Of a stretch of DNA of 64,000 nucleotides, positions 49,905 to 61,159 are shown one piece after another. The stretch covers positions 13,235 through 77,234 of the forward strand of contig CASFJK010000005.1 of assembly GCA_949295025.1 (NCBI GenBank), written 5' to 3'. Numbering within the stretch: the stretch's first letter is position 1; every line of letters starts with the position of its first letter. Origin of the DNA: an uncultured Pseudomonadota bacterium (GTDB lineage Bacteria; Pseudomonadota; Alphaproteobacteria; RF32; CAG-239). The position numbers were made by a program, and so were the translations under genes. The notes under the pieces were generated by a model. That model searched no databases. It saw nothing but the letters and a program-made list of their open reading frames with translations, and was not told the DNA's origin.

Positions 49905-52562
49905 CTAACCCATTTCTTTAGAATTAAGCAGTGAAGCTAAATCAGCCAAACCAACCGTTTTGAGCTTTGATTTTGATTTTGTTGTTTTTTTGGCATCTTT
50001 AATTTGTTTCATACGTTCTTCTTTGCTTAGCTCTGGAAGAACCGGTTCCATCTCTTTTGCTTCCTCTTCCACATCAACTATATACTTAGAATATTCCAAT
50101 TCTTCTTTTTCTTGTTGAATTTTTTTCTGGTTTAACTTTGCTTCTTCCAACAAATGACGAGCCTCTTGTTCTTGAATCTTTTTAGCTTCCGCTTTGGCTC
50201 TTGCCTCTTCTTTTGCCTTTGCTTCGGCTTGAGCCTTCTGTTCTGCCAATTTTTGAGCCTTCTTTTCATCTTCTTGACGTTTGATACTCAATTCAAGTTT
50301 TTCTATATTTTCGGGAGAATATGGTACGTTATATCCATTAAGCCCAAAGGTTGTATAGTCAGAGAACATTGTCTTATATTCGTCAACATTTCGTCCTTTT
50401 AAAATTCTGTTGCGTTCATCTAGTTCATCCAATTTTTCTTGGGGCAGAGCATAAAAAGCAGCATATTTCTGTTCTCTTGTTTCAGAATTTTCACTTTCTT
50501 TTTGAGGAACTTTTTTGCCCAAATTTTGCTTCATTTCAACAAAAACACTGGACACATAAGGATCTTGACGTAAAGTTTGTCCCAAAGATTTTTCAATATC
50601 ACTGATTATTTTGGGTCCTTTATTTACCGGTAGATATGCGGCAATATCCACCATCAACTCTTTCACACCTTTATAATTGTTATTTTTAGTACGTAAAAAT
50701 AGACCTGCAAAAGGCATGCCCGTCTTTTTACCGTGAGCAAATTCATTTTTTTGAAACGGAGATGCTCCGTTAACCAAAGCAAAAGCGGCAGCCTCGGCAC
50801 GACCATAAATCAACATTTCATTCAAAAATGTGGTTTTAGAATCTGCGGAAAGATGATATGGGCGAGCCACATCTCTAAAATCAGAAAAATCCAACTTTAA
50901 TTTCTGATAATCTCTATCTAAACTAATATCATTCTTTCCATATTGAATAAGCGACAAAGCAGGATAAATTTTGGGCTGAGGTGTTACGATACCTTCTTTA
51001 TGGAGTTTTTCCCATGTAGAAGACATATACCCCAACCTATCCATATCTACTTGAGCCATTTTATTTAGCTTTTCAATCATTTTTGGCGTTCTGGCAATAT
51101 TCAACTCTGCTAAAATTGCCAAATCTTGATAAGCAACTGTTTCTACATTTCTATCAACAACGTTTTTATCTTGAGCAATAAGTTGCTCTATCAATTTTTT
51201 GGCATTTTCAAAAACAAAATCATCTCGATAAAAATCAGAAGAAGCCTTTGCCAATTTTTCTGCTAGTTTTTGAAAAGCTCTATCATGATTGCCAAATCCA
51301 TAACCTTGCAATTCTTGTAAAAACTTTTTATTAGGTGCAATGGTAAAATCTTCCAAATAATACAAATGTTTACCCTGAGCACGTAACATCTGATGAATTT
51401 TTGAATGTTGGGAGCCTCGCTTCAAAGAATCTTCTAAAGGAGTATCCATAAATTTATCAATTAATGCTGGTTGTTGTTCGATCATACGCGCAAGAAAACT
51501 TTGTTCTGTTCCTATACAAGAAACATACTCAGGATGCAAAGAAACAAAATGCGCCATAAAAGGCAAATATTTGTCAGATTGAAAATCCCGTTGAATTCTG
51601 CCAAAATCAAATTTCTGTTCTTTAAAATCTTGTTTTTTCAAAAACTCTTCAGGAAATAAATCACATAGAGCCGCAAAATTGTAGTTAACATTTTCGCTTA
51701 ACATCTCAAATACGGTTTTATCATCGCAAGCCGGTTCTCTATCAATATCTTTCTTAAACAATGATTGATAAGCCTCACGTAAGGCATAAACTCGTGTTTT
51801 AAGCTCTGAAAGATATTCTTGATTAATATTATAAGATGAATTTGCTTGTTGAGAATATAATGATACCATATTCAAATAAACATCCAGCAAATGTTTTGGA
51901 GTAGACATATCTTCCTTTGCGTGCCCACGAAGTGTTTCTAAAGTAACAGCCTCTCCGTTTTCATTTACATAAGCAAAATTAAGAACGGAACTTTTGACCG
52001 TTTCATAAGATTGCACGAGTTTTTCATCTTGCAAAATTCCCGAAACAGATAATTGGAAATCGAGGATTTCAAAAGGTAAATAAGCACTTTCCCCCTGATA
52101 AGCGTGAGCTTTTCCATCATCAAATTTCCAAACCTGATTATCAACTTTTATCAAATGTTGTTCAGAATTATACCCTCCAAACTTTATTCCTTTAAGATTA
52201 AACATCTCTTGTTGTGTTTCTGCACTCATAAAGCGGAGTTTTTGATCATTTTTTACCACATAAAAATCTTTAGCAAAAGAAATCTCCTCACCTGCAGCAC
52301 AAAGCTCACCATCTTTATACAATTTCTGTTTGCTATCAGATGCCAACAAAACCAAATCGTTATCAGAATACGGATTACTTAGAAAAGAACCTTCATCAAT
52401 TTTCTTACCATCTTTGAACAGAGTATCAAGCTCTTTATAATTACTTTTTTTCAAAGCCTTATAATATTCGTAATTGTTATGATAGCTATAATTATCATAA
52501 TTATTGACAACGCTTTTTTCTACGATTTCAAAACGATTGCCTAATTTCAATTCTGTACTCAT
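49905..52562 (-). CDS. Large hypothetical protein with one ankyrin-like repeat and coiled-coil tail
   Basis: AAGGAG SD before MSTELK; TFL...IYGRAEAAAFALVNGASP; E/K/A-rich C-terminus. Confidence 0.8.
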   Translation of the reverse strand: MSTELKLGNRFEIVEKSVVNNYDNYSYHNNYEYYKALKKSNYKELDTLFKDGKKIDEGSFLSNPYSDNDLVLLASDSKQKLYKDGELCAAGEEISFAKDFYVVKNDQKLRFMSAETQQEMFNLKGIKFGGYNSEQHLIKVDNQVWKFDDGKAHAYQGESAYLPFEILDFQLSVSGILQDEKLVQSYETVKSSVLNFAYVNENGEAVTLETLRGHAKEDMSTPKHLLDVYLNMVSLYSQQANSSYNINQEYLSELKTRVYALREAYQSLFKKDIDREPACDDKTVFEMLSENVNYNFAALCDLFPEEFLKKQDFKEQKFDFGRIQRDFQSDKYLPFMAHFVSLHPEYVSCIGTEQSFLARMIEQQPALIDKFMDTPLEDSLKRGSQHSKIHQMLRAQGKHLYYLEDFTIAPNKKFLQELQGYGFGNHDRAFQKLAEKLAKASSDFYRDDFVFENAKKLIEQLIAQDKNVVDRNVETVAYQDLAILAELNIARTPKMIEKLNKMAQVDMDRLGYMSSTWEKLHKEGIVTPQPKIYPALSLIQYGKNDISLDRDYQKLKLDFSDFRDVARPYHLSADSKTTFLNEMLIYGRAEAAAFALVNGASPFQKNEFAHGKKTGMPFAGLFLRTKNNNYKGVKELMVDIAAYLPVNKGPKIISDIEKSLGQTLRQDPYVSSVFVEMKQNLGKKVPQKESENSETREQKYAAFYALPQEKLDELDERNRILKGRNVDEYKTMFSDYTTFGLNGYNVPYSPENIEKLELSIKRQEDEKKAQKLAEQKAQAEAKAKEEARAKAEAKKIQEQEARHLLEEAKLNQKKIQQEKEELEYSKYIVDVEEEAKEMEPVLPELSKEERMKQIKDAKKTTKSKSKLKTVGLADLASLLNSKEMG

Positions 52563-52721
52563 GCTCAAAACTCCTTACTAGGATAAAACATAATTTAATA
52601 TACCATTATTTTAATATCTAAACAAGCCGTTTTAAAAACAAAAAAATAACCCAAAATAAAAAATATTGAATCATCTGATGTTTTGCTTTATAAGAAAAAT
52701 GAATTTGATTAAGGAAAAAAT

Positions 52722-53900
52722 ATGATAAATTTGATTGATACAACCGAAAAACTGGAACAATTTTGCGCATTATTAAATGATAAACCCTTCATCACCATAG
52801 ATTTAGAATTTATGCGTGAAAAAACATATTACGCTGAGCTCTGCCTCATTCAAGTCGGTGCAGAAGATGAAGCCGCTGTCATTGATCCTATGAGCAAAGA
52901 CATTAAATTAGAACCGTTTTTCAAATTGTTAGACAATCAAAATATAGTCAAAGTTTTTCACTCCGGTCGCCAAGATATTGAAATTTTATATAACCTGACC
53001 GGAAAAATTCCAACCCCTTTGTTTGACACTCAAGTTGCCGCCATGGTCTGCGGCTATGGGGAATCCGCCGGTTATGAAAGCTTGGTTAAAGGCATTTTGA
53101 AAATAGATTTAGACAAGACCAGCCGTTGTTCCAATTGGGAGCTCCGCCCCTTAGATGAAAAACAACTGCAATATGCTTTGTCCGACGTCACCCATTTGGT
53201 CAACCTCTACACTCACTTCAAACAAAAACTGGCAGAAAACGGAAGAGAAAGCTGGCTTGAAAGTGAACTTGACATTTTGCGCAATCCGCAAACTTATGAC
53301 GTTGATCCTTATGAGGTCTGGCACAAAATCAGACATCGTTCACATAATGCCAAAGTTCTCACCTATTTGCGCGAGCTAGCTGCATGGCGCGAAAAAAGAG
53401 CTAAAAGCAAAAACACACCGCGTCAATCCATCATGAAAGATGATATGCTGGCAAACATTGCCGCTATCAACCCCAAAACGGTTGAAGAACTCTTGCAAAT
53501 CCGCAACATGAGAAAAGACGTAGCTCAAGGCAAAATCGGTACGGAAATTTTAGAAGTATTGGAAAGATGTAAAGAAATTCCTGCTTCGGAGTATGTCCGT
53601 GCTGAAAAAGAAAAACCCATGTCTTCCGGTGCACAGGCTTTGTATGAACTCTTAAAACTACTTCTAAAAATCCGCTCGGCAGAACAAGGTGTTGTTGCCA
53701 AATTAATTGCCACGGATGACGATTTGAAAATGCTTTCAACTTTTCAAGATGAAAACTGCATGGCTCTTTCAGGCTGGAGATATGATATTTTTGGTAAAGA
53801 TGCCATAGAACTCAGAAACGGCAATGTCTGCATTGCCTATGACAAACAAAAACATGGCATTGTTTTAAAAGAAAACAACCCCGAAAATCAGGGTTATTAA
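52722..53900 (+). CDS. rnd: Ribonuclease D
   Basis: DLEFMREKTY, KVFHSGRQD, FDTQVAA, W..RPL, YALSDV, HRDC region. Confidence 0.96.
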   Translation: MINLIDTTEKLEQFCALLNDKPFITIDLEFMREKTYYAELCLIQVGAEDEAAVIDPMSKDIKLEPFFKLLDNQNIVKVFHSGRQDIEILYNLTGKIPTPLFDTQVAAMVCGYGESAGYESLVKGILKIDLDKTSRCSNWELRPLDEKQLQYALSDVTHLVNLYTHFKQKLAENGRESWLESELDILRNPQTYDVDPYEVWHKIRHRSHNAKVLTYLRELAAWREKRAKSKNTPRQSIMKDDMLANIAAINPKTVEELLQIRNMRKDVAQGKIGTEILEVLERCKEIPASEYVRAEKEKPMSSGAQALYELLKLLLKIRSAEQGVVAKLIATDDDLKMLSTFQDENCMALSGWRYDIFGKDAIELRNGNVCIAYDKQKHGIVLKENNPENQGY

Positions 53901-53937
53901 TTTGAATGAGAGTTTGAATCCGGCATAATATATACTT

Positions 53938-54231
53938 TCAAATGCTGTAAGGTTGATTATAAAGTTTATCCATAAAACGCAAGAGCTTAACCACTTTGTC
54001 ATTGCGAATGGAATAATAGATTGTTTGAGCTTCTCGCCTTGTTTTCACAACATTTTCAGCACGCAAAACCGCCAAATGTTGTGATAACGCCGATTGGCTG
54101 ATTCCAACCATTTTTTCCAATTCACCGACATTGAGTTCTTTTCCGAGCAGAAAGAACAATATCTCAAGCCTTTTTAAGTTTCCCAGCGCTCGAAATAATC
54201 TGGCGCCTTTTTCTATAGCCATATTTTTCAT
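53938..54231 (-). CDS. ArsR-family regulator (NolR/HlyU-like)
   Basis: SQSALSQHLAVLR, TRREAQTIYY. Confidence 0.92.
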   Translation of the reverse strand: MKNMAIEKGARLFRALGNLKRLEILFFLLGKELNVGELEKMVGISQSALSQHLAVLRAENVVKTRREAQTIYYSIRNDKVVKLLRFMDKLYNQPYSI

Positions 54232-54409
54232 TTACACCTCCTGATGTATATAATTACAATTTAATTTAGCATAAATTGAAATACTTGCCCAGTTCTAGCC
54301 AAACTAATTGTTATATATACTTAAATACATAGCCGATAGTTTTACTTTTAAAATTGCCAATCAAAAATAAGTAGATTATGATGAGAGCAAATTAATAAAG
54401 GAGAAGATT

Positions 54410-54655
54410 ATGCCTGAAAATGATATTCAAAATTTGAGCTTTGAAGATGCCCTCATTCAGCTTGAAAACATTGTAAGAGAGTTGGAAAGCGGACGCATCA
54501 AATTAGACGATGCCGTCAAAGCTTATGAAAAAGCCGTTGCTTTGAAACAACTTTGCGAAAAGAAACTCAAAGACGCTCAGTTGAAAATTGAAAAAATTGA
54601 AATTGCACCCAATGGTGAAATGACGACCACCCCGTTAGATAAGGTAGAAGAATAA
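54410..54655 (+). CDS. xseB: Exonuclease VII small subunit
   Basis: SFEDAL..LE.IV..LESG. Confidence 0.95.
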   Translation: MPENDIQNLSFEDALIQLENIVRELESGRIKLDDAVKAYEKAVALKQLCEKKLKDAQLKIEKIEIAPNGEMTTTPLDKVEE

Positions 54656-55557
54656 TGTCTGATATCAAAGAAAAGCTCAAAACCTTCTCCCAAGACTTCA
54701 ACACAAAATTGGAACAATATTTTCCCTTACCCAATGGACCGGAAAAACGCGTGGTTGAAGCCATGAAATATTCCGTTATGAACGGCGGCAAGCGTTTGCG
54801 CCCGTTTTTGGTGTGTGAAACAGCTAAACTCTTTGGCGTTTCCACCTACCCAACCGCCGCACTTGTATCTGCTTCTTTAGAGATGTTGCACTCCTATTCG
54901 CTCATTCATGACGATTTACCCGCCATGGATAACGATGATTTGCGCCGTGGCAAACCCACTTGCCACAAGGCCTTTGATGAAGCAACCGCTATTTTGGCCG
55001 GAGATGGTTTGTTGACCCAGGCTTTTGAGCTTTTGAGCCACAAGACCTTGAATATTGATGCCAACATCCGTTGCGAGTTGATTAATTTGCTTGCTAACGC
55101 GGCTGGCGCTTATAATGGCATGATAGCCGGACAAATGCTCGATATTTATGCCGAAACCGCCCCCAAAGAAGAAAATAACGAGAAATTGATTTTGCATATT
55201 GAAGAAATGAAAACCGGACGTTTAATCCGCTATGCTTGTGAGGCCGGTGCCATTTTGGGCAAAGCCGATATGGATGAGAGATTGGCGATTGTCAATTATG
55301 CCAGAAAAATCGGTTTGGCTTTCCAAATTGCCGATGACATCTTGGATGTGGAAGGCAATCAGGAATTGATGGGTAAAAAACTGCAAAAAGATGAGGCACA
55401 AGGTAAAGCCACATTTGTCAGCATTTATGGCTTGGATAAGGCCAAAGAAATTGCCAAAGATTTAATCAAAGAAGCCAAAGAAAGCATCGCCATTTTCGGT
55501 GCCAAAGCCCAAACCTTGCAAGACCTGGCTGACTTTATTATCGAAAGACAGAATTAA
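54655..55557 (+). CDS. ispA: Farnesyl diphosphate synthase
   Basis: GGKRLRP, SLIHDDLPAMD, RRG, FQIADDILD. Confidence 0.96.
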   Translation: MSDIKEKLKTFSQDFNTKLEQYFPLPNGPEKRVVEAMKYSVMNGGKRLRPFLVCETAKLFGVSTYPTAALVSASLEMLHSYSLIHDDLPAMDNDDLRRGKPTCHKAFDEATAILAGDGLLTQAFELLSHKTLNIDANIRCELINLLANAAGAYNGMIAGQMLDIYAETAPKEENNEKLILHIEEMKTGRLIRYACEAGAILGKADMDERLAIVNYARKIGLAFQIADDILDVEGNQELMGKKLQKDEAQGKATFVSIYGLDKAKEIAKDLIKEAKESIAIFGAKAQTLQDLADFIIERQN

Positions 55558-55791
55558 ATAAGAAAGGCAGTCTGACTTTTGCAATCGAACGCGCTGCGTT
55601 TGGTCGGCGGCAGCCAAATTCGGCATAACAGCATAGAAGCAAAAAAAAGCAACATATCTAACAGAACCGAAAAACGGAGCAAATTAATGATGACAAATTT
55701 ATGACATCTTCATCTTTTGCTCAAACGGATTTGACAAAATTTTCCAAATATGCTATTTTCTTTTTTAGAAAACAATTAAAATAGATATATT

Positions 55792-56391
55792 ATGAAAGAA
55801 AAAAACATCTTGCAGGAATATCCCTGCGCCGTTTTATATACCGACGGCACAATGACAACAGTTCCCCAAAATGGCAAAACCCCTTGGGGCGTTGTTGTAA
55901 AAGAAAATATTGTTGTTGAACTTAACCGAAGCAAAGGCAATTTGAAAGAAGCGCAAAAAGCTTTGGCTTCCGCCAAAGTCGGAAAGATGAAGCAGCAATG
56001 CCTTGAATATAAGCAGTACTTGTCTATGTTTTTATACCTATATAACAATAGGCAAGTTTTGAAAAATATCAATGATACGCTTCTGGCTCTGGGCGGGGCT
56101 CCGCTTTCTGGAAAAGCCATGAACTGGATGCCGGATGGCAATGTCTTTGGTTTTGAAGCAACAAATTCTGATAATATGCTTATCACCTGCACGGATAGAT
56201 ATCCGGTAACGCAGATGATTGTGGCTCCTTCCAACGAGAGTATGAAAAACATGCTTTTATTTGAAAAATTCAAAAACTGTATTATCTGGAATTGGACTGT
56301 TCGCCCTGAAGACACCGAATATATCAGGGCATTTATCGAATTTGAACAAAAAAAATCCTTTAGTGATAAAATCAAAGGATTTTTTAATTAA
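55792..56391 (+). CDS. Hypothetical protein, possible DUF1566/CLec-like domain
   Basis: VLYTDGT...PWGVVV...INDTLLALGGAPL...W. Confidence 0.7.
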   Translation: MKEKNILQEYPCAVLYTDGTMTTVPQNGKTPWGVVVKENIVVELNRSKGNLKEAQKALASAKVGKMKQQCLEYKQYLSMFLYLYNNRQVLKNINDTLLALGGAPLSGKAMNWMPDGNVFGFEATNSDNMLITCTDRYPVTQMIVAPSNESMKNMLLFEKFKNCIIWNWTVRPEDTEYIRAFIEFEQKKSFSDKIKGFFN

Positions 56392-56491
56392 AAAAAAATT
56401 AAAAAGGAGGATTTCTTATGAAATCCCCCTTTTTTTTGTTGGAACACTCATTTATTACAATCTAACTTTTGCGCTCAACGCACTGTGTTTA

Positions 56492-58357
56492 CTATACCTC
56501 CGGAATGGAAGAATGAGTGCGTTTTTCTTCCGGCACCGGCTCGTCTTTTGATTTATCAATCGGCTTTCCGGCTAACAAATCGTTGATTTCTTCACCGGTC
56601 AAGGTTTCATATTCCATCAAAGCCTCTGCCAATTTTTCCCAATCTTCGCGATGTTCGGTCAAAATCTTTTTGGCATTTTCGTAACCTTGGTTGACAAAGG
56701 CTTTAATTTCTTCATCGACCAAAGCTGAGGTTTCTTCACTCATATTTTGGTTTTGAGTAACCGATTTACCTAAAAAGACTTCATTGGAGTTTTCCGAATA
56801 ACGAATTGGTCCAAGCTTATCGCTCATCCCCCATTCCATCACCATTGAGCGAGCCAAATTGGTCGCAGCCGAAATATCCGAAGATGCACCGGAGGTTACC
56901 GCATCATAACCAAATTTCAGCTCTTCTGCCACACGTCCACCCATCATAATGGTGAGGGTTGAGTGCATTTTAGCACGGGAATAAGAATATTGGTCTTTTT
57001 CCGGCAATTGTTGAACCATACCCAAAGCACGTCCTCTCGGAATAATCGTTGCTTTGTGAATGGGGTCAGATTCCGGAACATGAAGTGTACAAATCGCATG
57101 TCCGGCTTCGTGATAAGCGGTATTGCGCTTTTCTTTTTCATCCATGGCCACGGATTTACGCTCATTACCCATCAAAACCTTGTCTTTGGCTTCATCAAAA
57201 TCAGCTGATGTCACTTTGCGCTTGTTTTTACGAGCGGCAATCAATGCAGCCTCGTTCACCAGATTTGCAAGCTCGGCACCTGAGAACCCAGGGGTTCCGC
57301 GCGCAACAACGGTCAAGTTAACATCTTTAGCCAAAGGCACTTTGCGAACATGAACTTTAAGAATAGCCTCACGACCACGCACATCCGGATTTGTTACCGT
57401 AACTTGACGGTCAAAACGTCCCGGACGCAACAAAGCCGGATCCAAAACATCAGGACGGTTGGTAGCGGCAATCAAAATCACATTTTCGTTCTCGTCAAAA
57501 CCATCCATCTCGACCAAAAGTTGGTTCAAGGTTTGCTCACGCTCATCATTTCCACCGCCCAAACCGGCACCACGGTGACGACCGACGGCATCAATTTCAT
57601 CAATAAACAATAAGCAAGGTGCGTTTTTCTTAGCTTGTGCAAACATATCACGTACGCGAGATGCACCCACACCGACAAACATTTCCACAAAGTCAGAACC
57701 TGAGATGGAAAAGAACGGCACATTTGCCTCACCTGCAACCGCTTTGGCAAGCAAAGTTTTACCTGTTCCCGGAGGTCCTACAAGCAAAACACCTTTCGGA
57801 ATTTTGCCCCCCAAACGTTGGAATTTTTCCGGTTCTTTCAAAAATTCAACCACTTCTTCCAATTCTTGTTTAGATTCATCGCAACCGGCAACATCTGCAA
57901 AAGTCACCTTTTTATTGTTTTCAATCAAGCGAGCGCGCGATTTTCCAAAGCTCAAGGCTTTATTGTTACCGGAGTTGGCTTGGCGCATAAAATAAATCCA
58001 TACACCCACAAGCAAAATCATCGGGAACCAAGAAACAAACACGCCCCAGAATGTATCGGAAGAATTATCTTGAGGAGCTGCCGTAACTTTGGCACCGCTA
58101 TTGCGAATAGTCTCAACCATGGTCGGATCATATGGTGCATAGGTCATCAACTTTTGCCCATCAACGGTTGTACCTGTCACATCGGGACCGGCGATTTTGA
58201 CCTCAGCCATACGTTTGGCATCTACCTCGTTCATAAAATCAGAAAAGGCCACTGTCTGATATCCGGCTTTTTTAGCATTACCGTTAAACATATTCAAAAC
58301 GGTGGATAAGGCGATAAAAGCCACAAACCAGATGATTATACTTTTTCCTGTTCTCAT
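56492..58357 (-). CDS. ftsH: ATP-dependent zinc metalloprotease FtsH
   Basis: [26 protein letters not shown]. Confidence 0.98.
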   Translation of the reverse strand: MRTGKSIIIWFVAFIALSTVLNMFNGNAKKAGYQTVAFSDFMNEVDAKRMAEVKIAGPDVTGTTVDGQKLMTYAPYDPTMVETIRNSGAKVTAAPQDNSSDTFWGVFVSWFPMILLVGVWIYFMRQANSGNNKALSFGKSRARLIENNKKVTFADVAGCDESKQELEEVVEFLKEPEKFQRLGGKIPKGVLLVGPPGTGKTLLAKAVAGEANVPFFSISGSDFVEMFVGVGASRVRDMFAQAKKNAPCLLFIDEIDAVGRHRGAGLGGGNDEREQTLNQLLVEMDGFDENENVILIAATNRPDVLDPALLRPGRFDRQVTVTNPDVRGREAILKVHVRKVPLAKDVNLTVVARGTPGFSGAELANLVNEAALIAARKNKRKVTSADFDEAKDKVLMGNERKSVAMDEKEKRNTAYHEAGHAICTLHVPESDPIHKATIIPRGRALGMVQQLPEKDQYSYSRAKMHSTLTIMMGGRVAEELKFGYDAVTSGASSDISAATNLARSMVMEWGMSDKLGPIRYSENSNEVFLGKSVTQNQNMSEETSALVDEEIKAFVNQGYENAKKILTEHREDWEKLAEALMEYETLTGEEINDLLAGKPIDKSKDEPVPEEKRTHSSIPEV

Positions 58358-58383
58358 CTTTTTTCCTTATTTTTTAACACAAC

Positions 58384-59466
58384 TTATTTATATATAGGGA
58401 CTAATTTCAGCAAAGACAATCGCAATTTGTAAGGTATCTTCAGTTTCTTATATTTAGGATGCAAATTGCAAAAATCTTCCCAATCTTTTTTGGACGGTTT
58501 GTTTTTGATTTTAAGTTCAGGTACAATCCAAATTTGCCCATATTTTTTGATAATTTCACATCCACCCAAAGTACAAGAAACAAAATCATCTTCATTTAAG
58601 CGCATCATCAAACGATGCAGTTCGGCAGCCTCGGGCTTATATTTTGCTTTGCCTTGTTGATAGAGTAAAGTTCCTAAAACGCGGAATAAAAGTTCTTCAT
58701 GCAATTCGCCTAAATTCTTTTCAGAAAAAGAAACCCCTGCTCCATCCCAATAACGAACATGATTTTTAATATATTGATTAACACGATATTGCACATAATC
58801 CAAAGTGGATTGCAACACCTTCATTGTCTCGACCAAGCGCTGTGGCGTAATACCTAAATTCTCTTCGATTTGCGGCATAAACTTGCGCACGCGCACCCGC
58901 AAAAAATCATCACATTGGTTAGACGGGTCTTCCACCCATTCAATTTGACGATTATAGAGATATTTTTTCAAATCCTCAGGCAAAATAGAAAGCAAAGGAC
59001 GAATAAGCGTCAAGCCACTGCGTTGTGTAACGGCACGCATACCACATAAACCTTCCAAACCGCTGCCTCGTTGCAAACGCATGAAAAATGTTTCGGCTTG
59101 GTCTAGCGCTTGATGCGCAATTGCAACAACTTTAATATTATGTTCTTGGCACCAATCAGCAAGCAAATTATAGCGTGCTTCTCTGGCCGCTTCTTCAATA
59201 CCGTTTTTGGGCTTTTCTTCATTCCATGTCAGAATATGATGCTCAATCTGATAAGCCTTCATAATCCGCCCAACATAAAGAGCTTCTTCGGTAGATTCTC
59301 CACGCAATTTGTGGTCAACCGTCAGCGCCACAATTTTTTTGCAAAGAGGTGCAAGTTCTTCTTGCATCATTAATACCAAAGCCAAAGAGTCTGCCCCACC
59401 GGAAACGGCAACGGCAAACTCTTTCTCTTCGGATAAACCATATTTTTCTAAAAACTCTTTAATCAA
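58384..59466 (-). CDS. tilS: tRNA(Ile)-lysidine synthetase
   Basis: AVSGGADS, DHKLR, AREARY, DQAET, EDPSN. Confidence 0.96.
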   Translation of the reverse strand: MIKEFLEKYGLSEEKEFAVAVSGGADSLALVLMMQEELAPLCKKIVALTVDHKLRGESTEEALYVGRIMKAYQIEHHILTWNEEKPKNGIEEAAREARYNLLADWCQEHNIKVVAIAHQALDQAETFFMRLQRGSGLEGLCGMRAVTQRSGLTLIRPLLSILPEDLKKYLYNRQIEWVEDPSNQCDDFLRVRVRKFMPQIEENLGITPQRLVETMKVLQSTLDYVQYRVNQYIKNHVRYWDGAGVSFSEKNLGELHEELLFRVLGTLLYQQGKAKYKPEAAELHRLMMRLNEDDFVSCTLGGCEIIKKYGQIWIVPELKIKNKPSKKDWEDFCNLHPKYKKLKIPYKLRLSLLKLVPIYK

Positions 59467-59492
59467 AGTTGAATTCTCTTTTTATCCCAAAG

Positions 59493-60347
59493 TTACTTAC
59501 AACCAAGCTTTTTAGCTTCTTCAGCAGCTTTTTTCTTAATTCTGTCTTCAGCCTTAGGAAATTCAGAATTCATATTCATAAATGCTTCACATGCAGCATC
59601 TTTATTTTTAAGTTCACTCATACTCATACCGAGCTTAAGTAAACCATCGGCACCTTTAAGTCCGTCTTTATAATTTTTATAAACTTTACCAAAAGCAACA
59701 GCGGCTTCTTTATATTGTCCTTGAGAATAATAAACTTCACCAAGCCAAAATTGCGCATTGCCGGCTAACTTATCTTTAGGAAAACGACGCAACACTGAAT
59801 CAAAAGAAGCTTCAGCCTTATCATAGTTTTTAGCTTTAAGATATTCCAGCCCTTCTTTATAAATTTGTTCTGCATTTTTGGTTGGTACGGAAGGCAAATC
59901 TGTTCCTTTATCAATTTCTGCTCCGAGCAAAGACTTAGGTGCATTTTCAGCTACTTTGGGAGCAAATTTTTCTTTTGGTTCTTTAATTCCGGCACCACTT
60001 GATTTTATAGGCTTTCCCTCAATCATAGAAATACGAACATCAATATCTTTATTAATCATATTAATGCGTTCTTCAAAGGTTTTGAGTTTATATTCAATCT
60101 CATCCAGACGTCCGTTGATTTTGCGCATATTTTCATCCATTTCACCAACACGCAAAGCCATATCGGAAGAAGAAACAGGTCCGTAAGCATCATCATTTTT
60201 CATACGATAAGCATCTCTTTGCAGAGCACGCATATCTTCTTTCAAAGCCTCAACTTCAGCCTCAAGAGCACCAAACTGTTGTGCATTTGCAGCGGAACAC
60301 AATAAAAAAGCTGAAAAAGACAAAACAACTACTTTGCTAAATTTCAT
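59493..60347 (-). CDS. cpoB: Tol-Pal protein CpoB/YbgF
   Basis: Signal peptide, coiled coil, TPR NAQFWLGE; follows pal. Confidence 0.9.
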   Translation of the reverse strand: MKFSKVVVLSFSAFLLCSAANAQQFGALEAEVEALKEDMRALQRDAYRMKNDDAYGPVSSSDMALRVGEMDENMRKINGRLDEIEYKLKTFEERINMINKDIDVRISMIEGKPIKSSGAGIKEPKEKFAPKVAENAPKSLLGAEIDKGTDLPSVPTKNAEQIYKEGLEYLKAKNYDKAEASFDSVLRRFPKDKLAGNAQFWLGEVYYSQGQYKEAAVAFGKVYKNYKDGLKGADGLLKLGMSMSELKNKDAACEAFMNMNSEFPKAEDRIKKKAAEEAKKLGCK

Positions 60348-60475
60348 AATTTCCTCGAATAAAAAAATCATATACCAAGCAACAGGTTAGAACAAAAAAT
60401 ATATAATCTCAAGCAATAAAAAAAACGTATCCCAAATTAGGATACGTTTTTTTATCAATCTCTTATAACTGTAAA

Positions 60476-60943
60476 TTATTTAGAAGTAGCTTTAACTACA
60501 GTTACAGCACGACGGTTTTGAGCCCAAGCAGCTTCGTTGTTACCCAAAACAGCCGGTCTTTCTTTACCGTAAGAAATTGTAGAAATTCTGTCAGCAGCTA
60601 CGCCTTGAGAAATGAGGTATTGTTTAACAGCGTTGGCACGGCGTTCACCCAAAGCCAAGTTGTATTCGCGAGTACCTCTTTCATCGCAGTAACCTTGAAC
60701 GATTACGTTAACTTTTTTGTGATCTTTCAACCATTTTGCTTGGCCATCCAAAACATCGGCAGCTTCGCTGGAAATAGCAGAACTATCAAAAGCAAAGAAA
60801 ACTCTGTCTTCTGCATTAGCCATGAAATCACGAGCTTCTTTAGAGTCGCATTCAGCGCCACCAAACAAACCGCCATCAAAGCCTAAAGAAGAACAACCAG
60901 ATAATGCAACAATTGCAAAGAATAAACTAAACAGTTTTTTCAT
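60476..60943 (-). CDS. pal: Peptidoglycan-associated lipoprotein
   Basis: LSGC lipobox, DERGTREYNLALGERRA, SYGKERP, NRRA. Confidence 0.96.
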   Translation of the reverse strand: MKKLFSLFFAIVALSGCSSLGFDGGLFGGAECDSKEARDFMANAEDRVFFAFDSSAISSEAADVLDGQAKWLKDHKKVNVIVQGYCDERGTREYNLALGERRANAVKQYLISQGVAADRISTISYGKERPAVLGNNEAAWAQNRRAVTVVKATSK

Positions 60944-61159
60944 ATTATTAATCTCCATATGGGTTTAATATTTAATTGTTTAACAATTAATACAGAAATA
61001 AACTTAAGCAATAAAAGTTAATTTTTCAACAACAAATAAAAAAATTCGCAGGTTTTATACAAAAAAAATCAAATTTATCTTTTGCTAATATAATAAAGCT
61101 TACTTTTTTTTCCAAAAACACCATAAAATGTTTTCAGAAACATCAAAAATCCGATTCGG

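Noticed and set aside
55776..56375. 199 aa minus-strand ORF overlapping 55792..56391
   Set aside because: The plus-strand ORF has the promoter-like element, start context and terminator; this one is its shadow.
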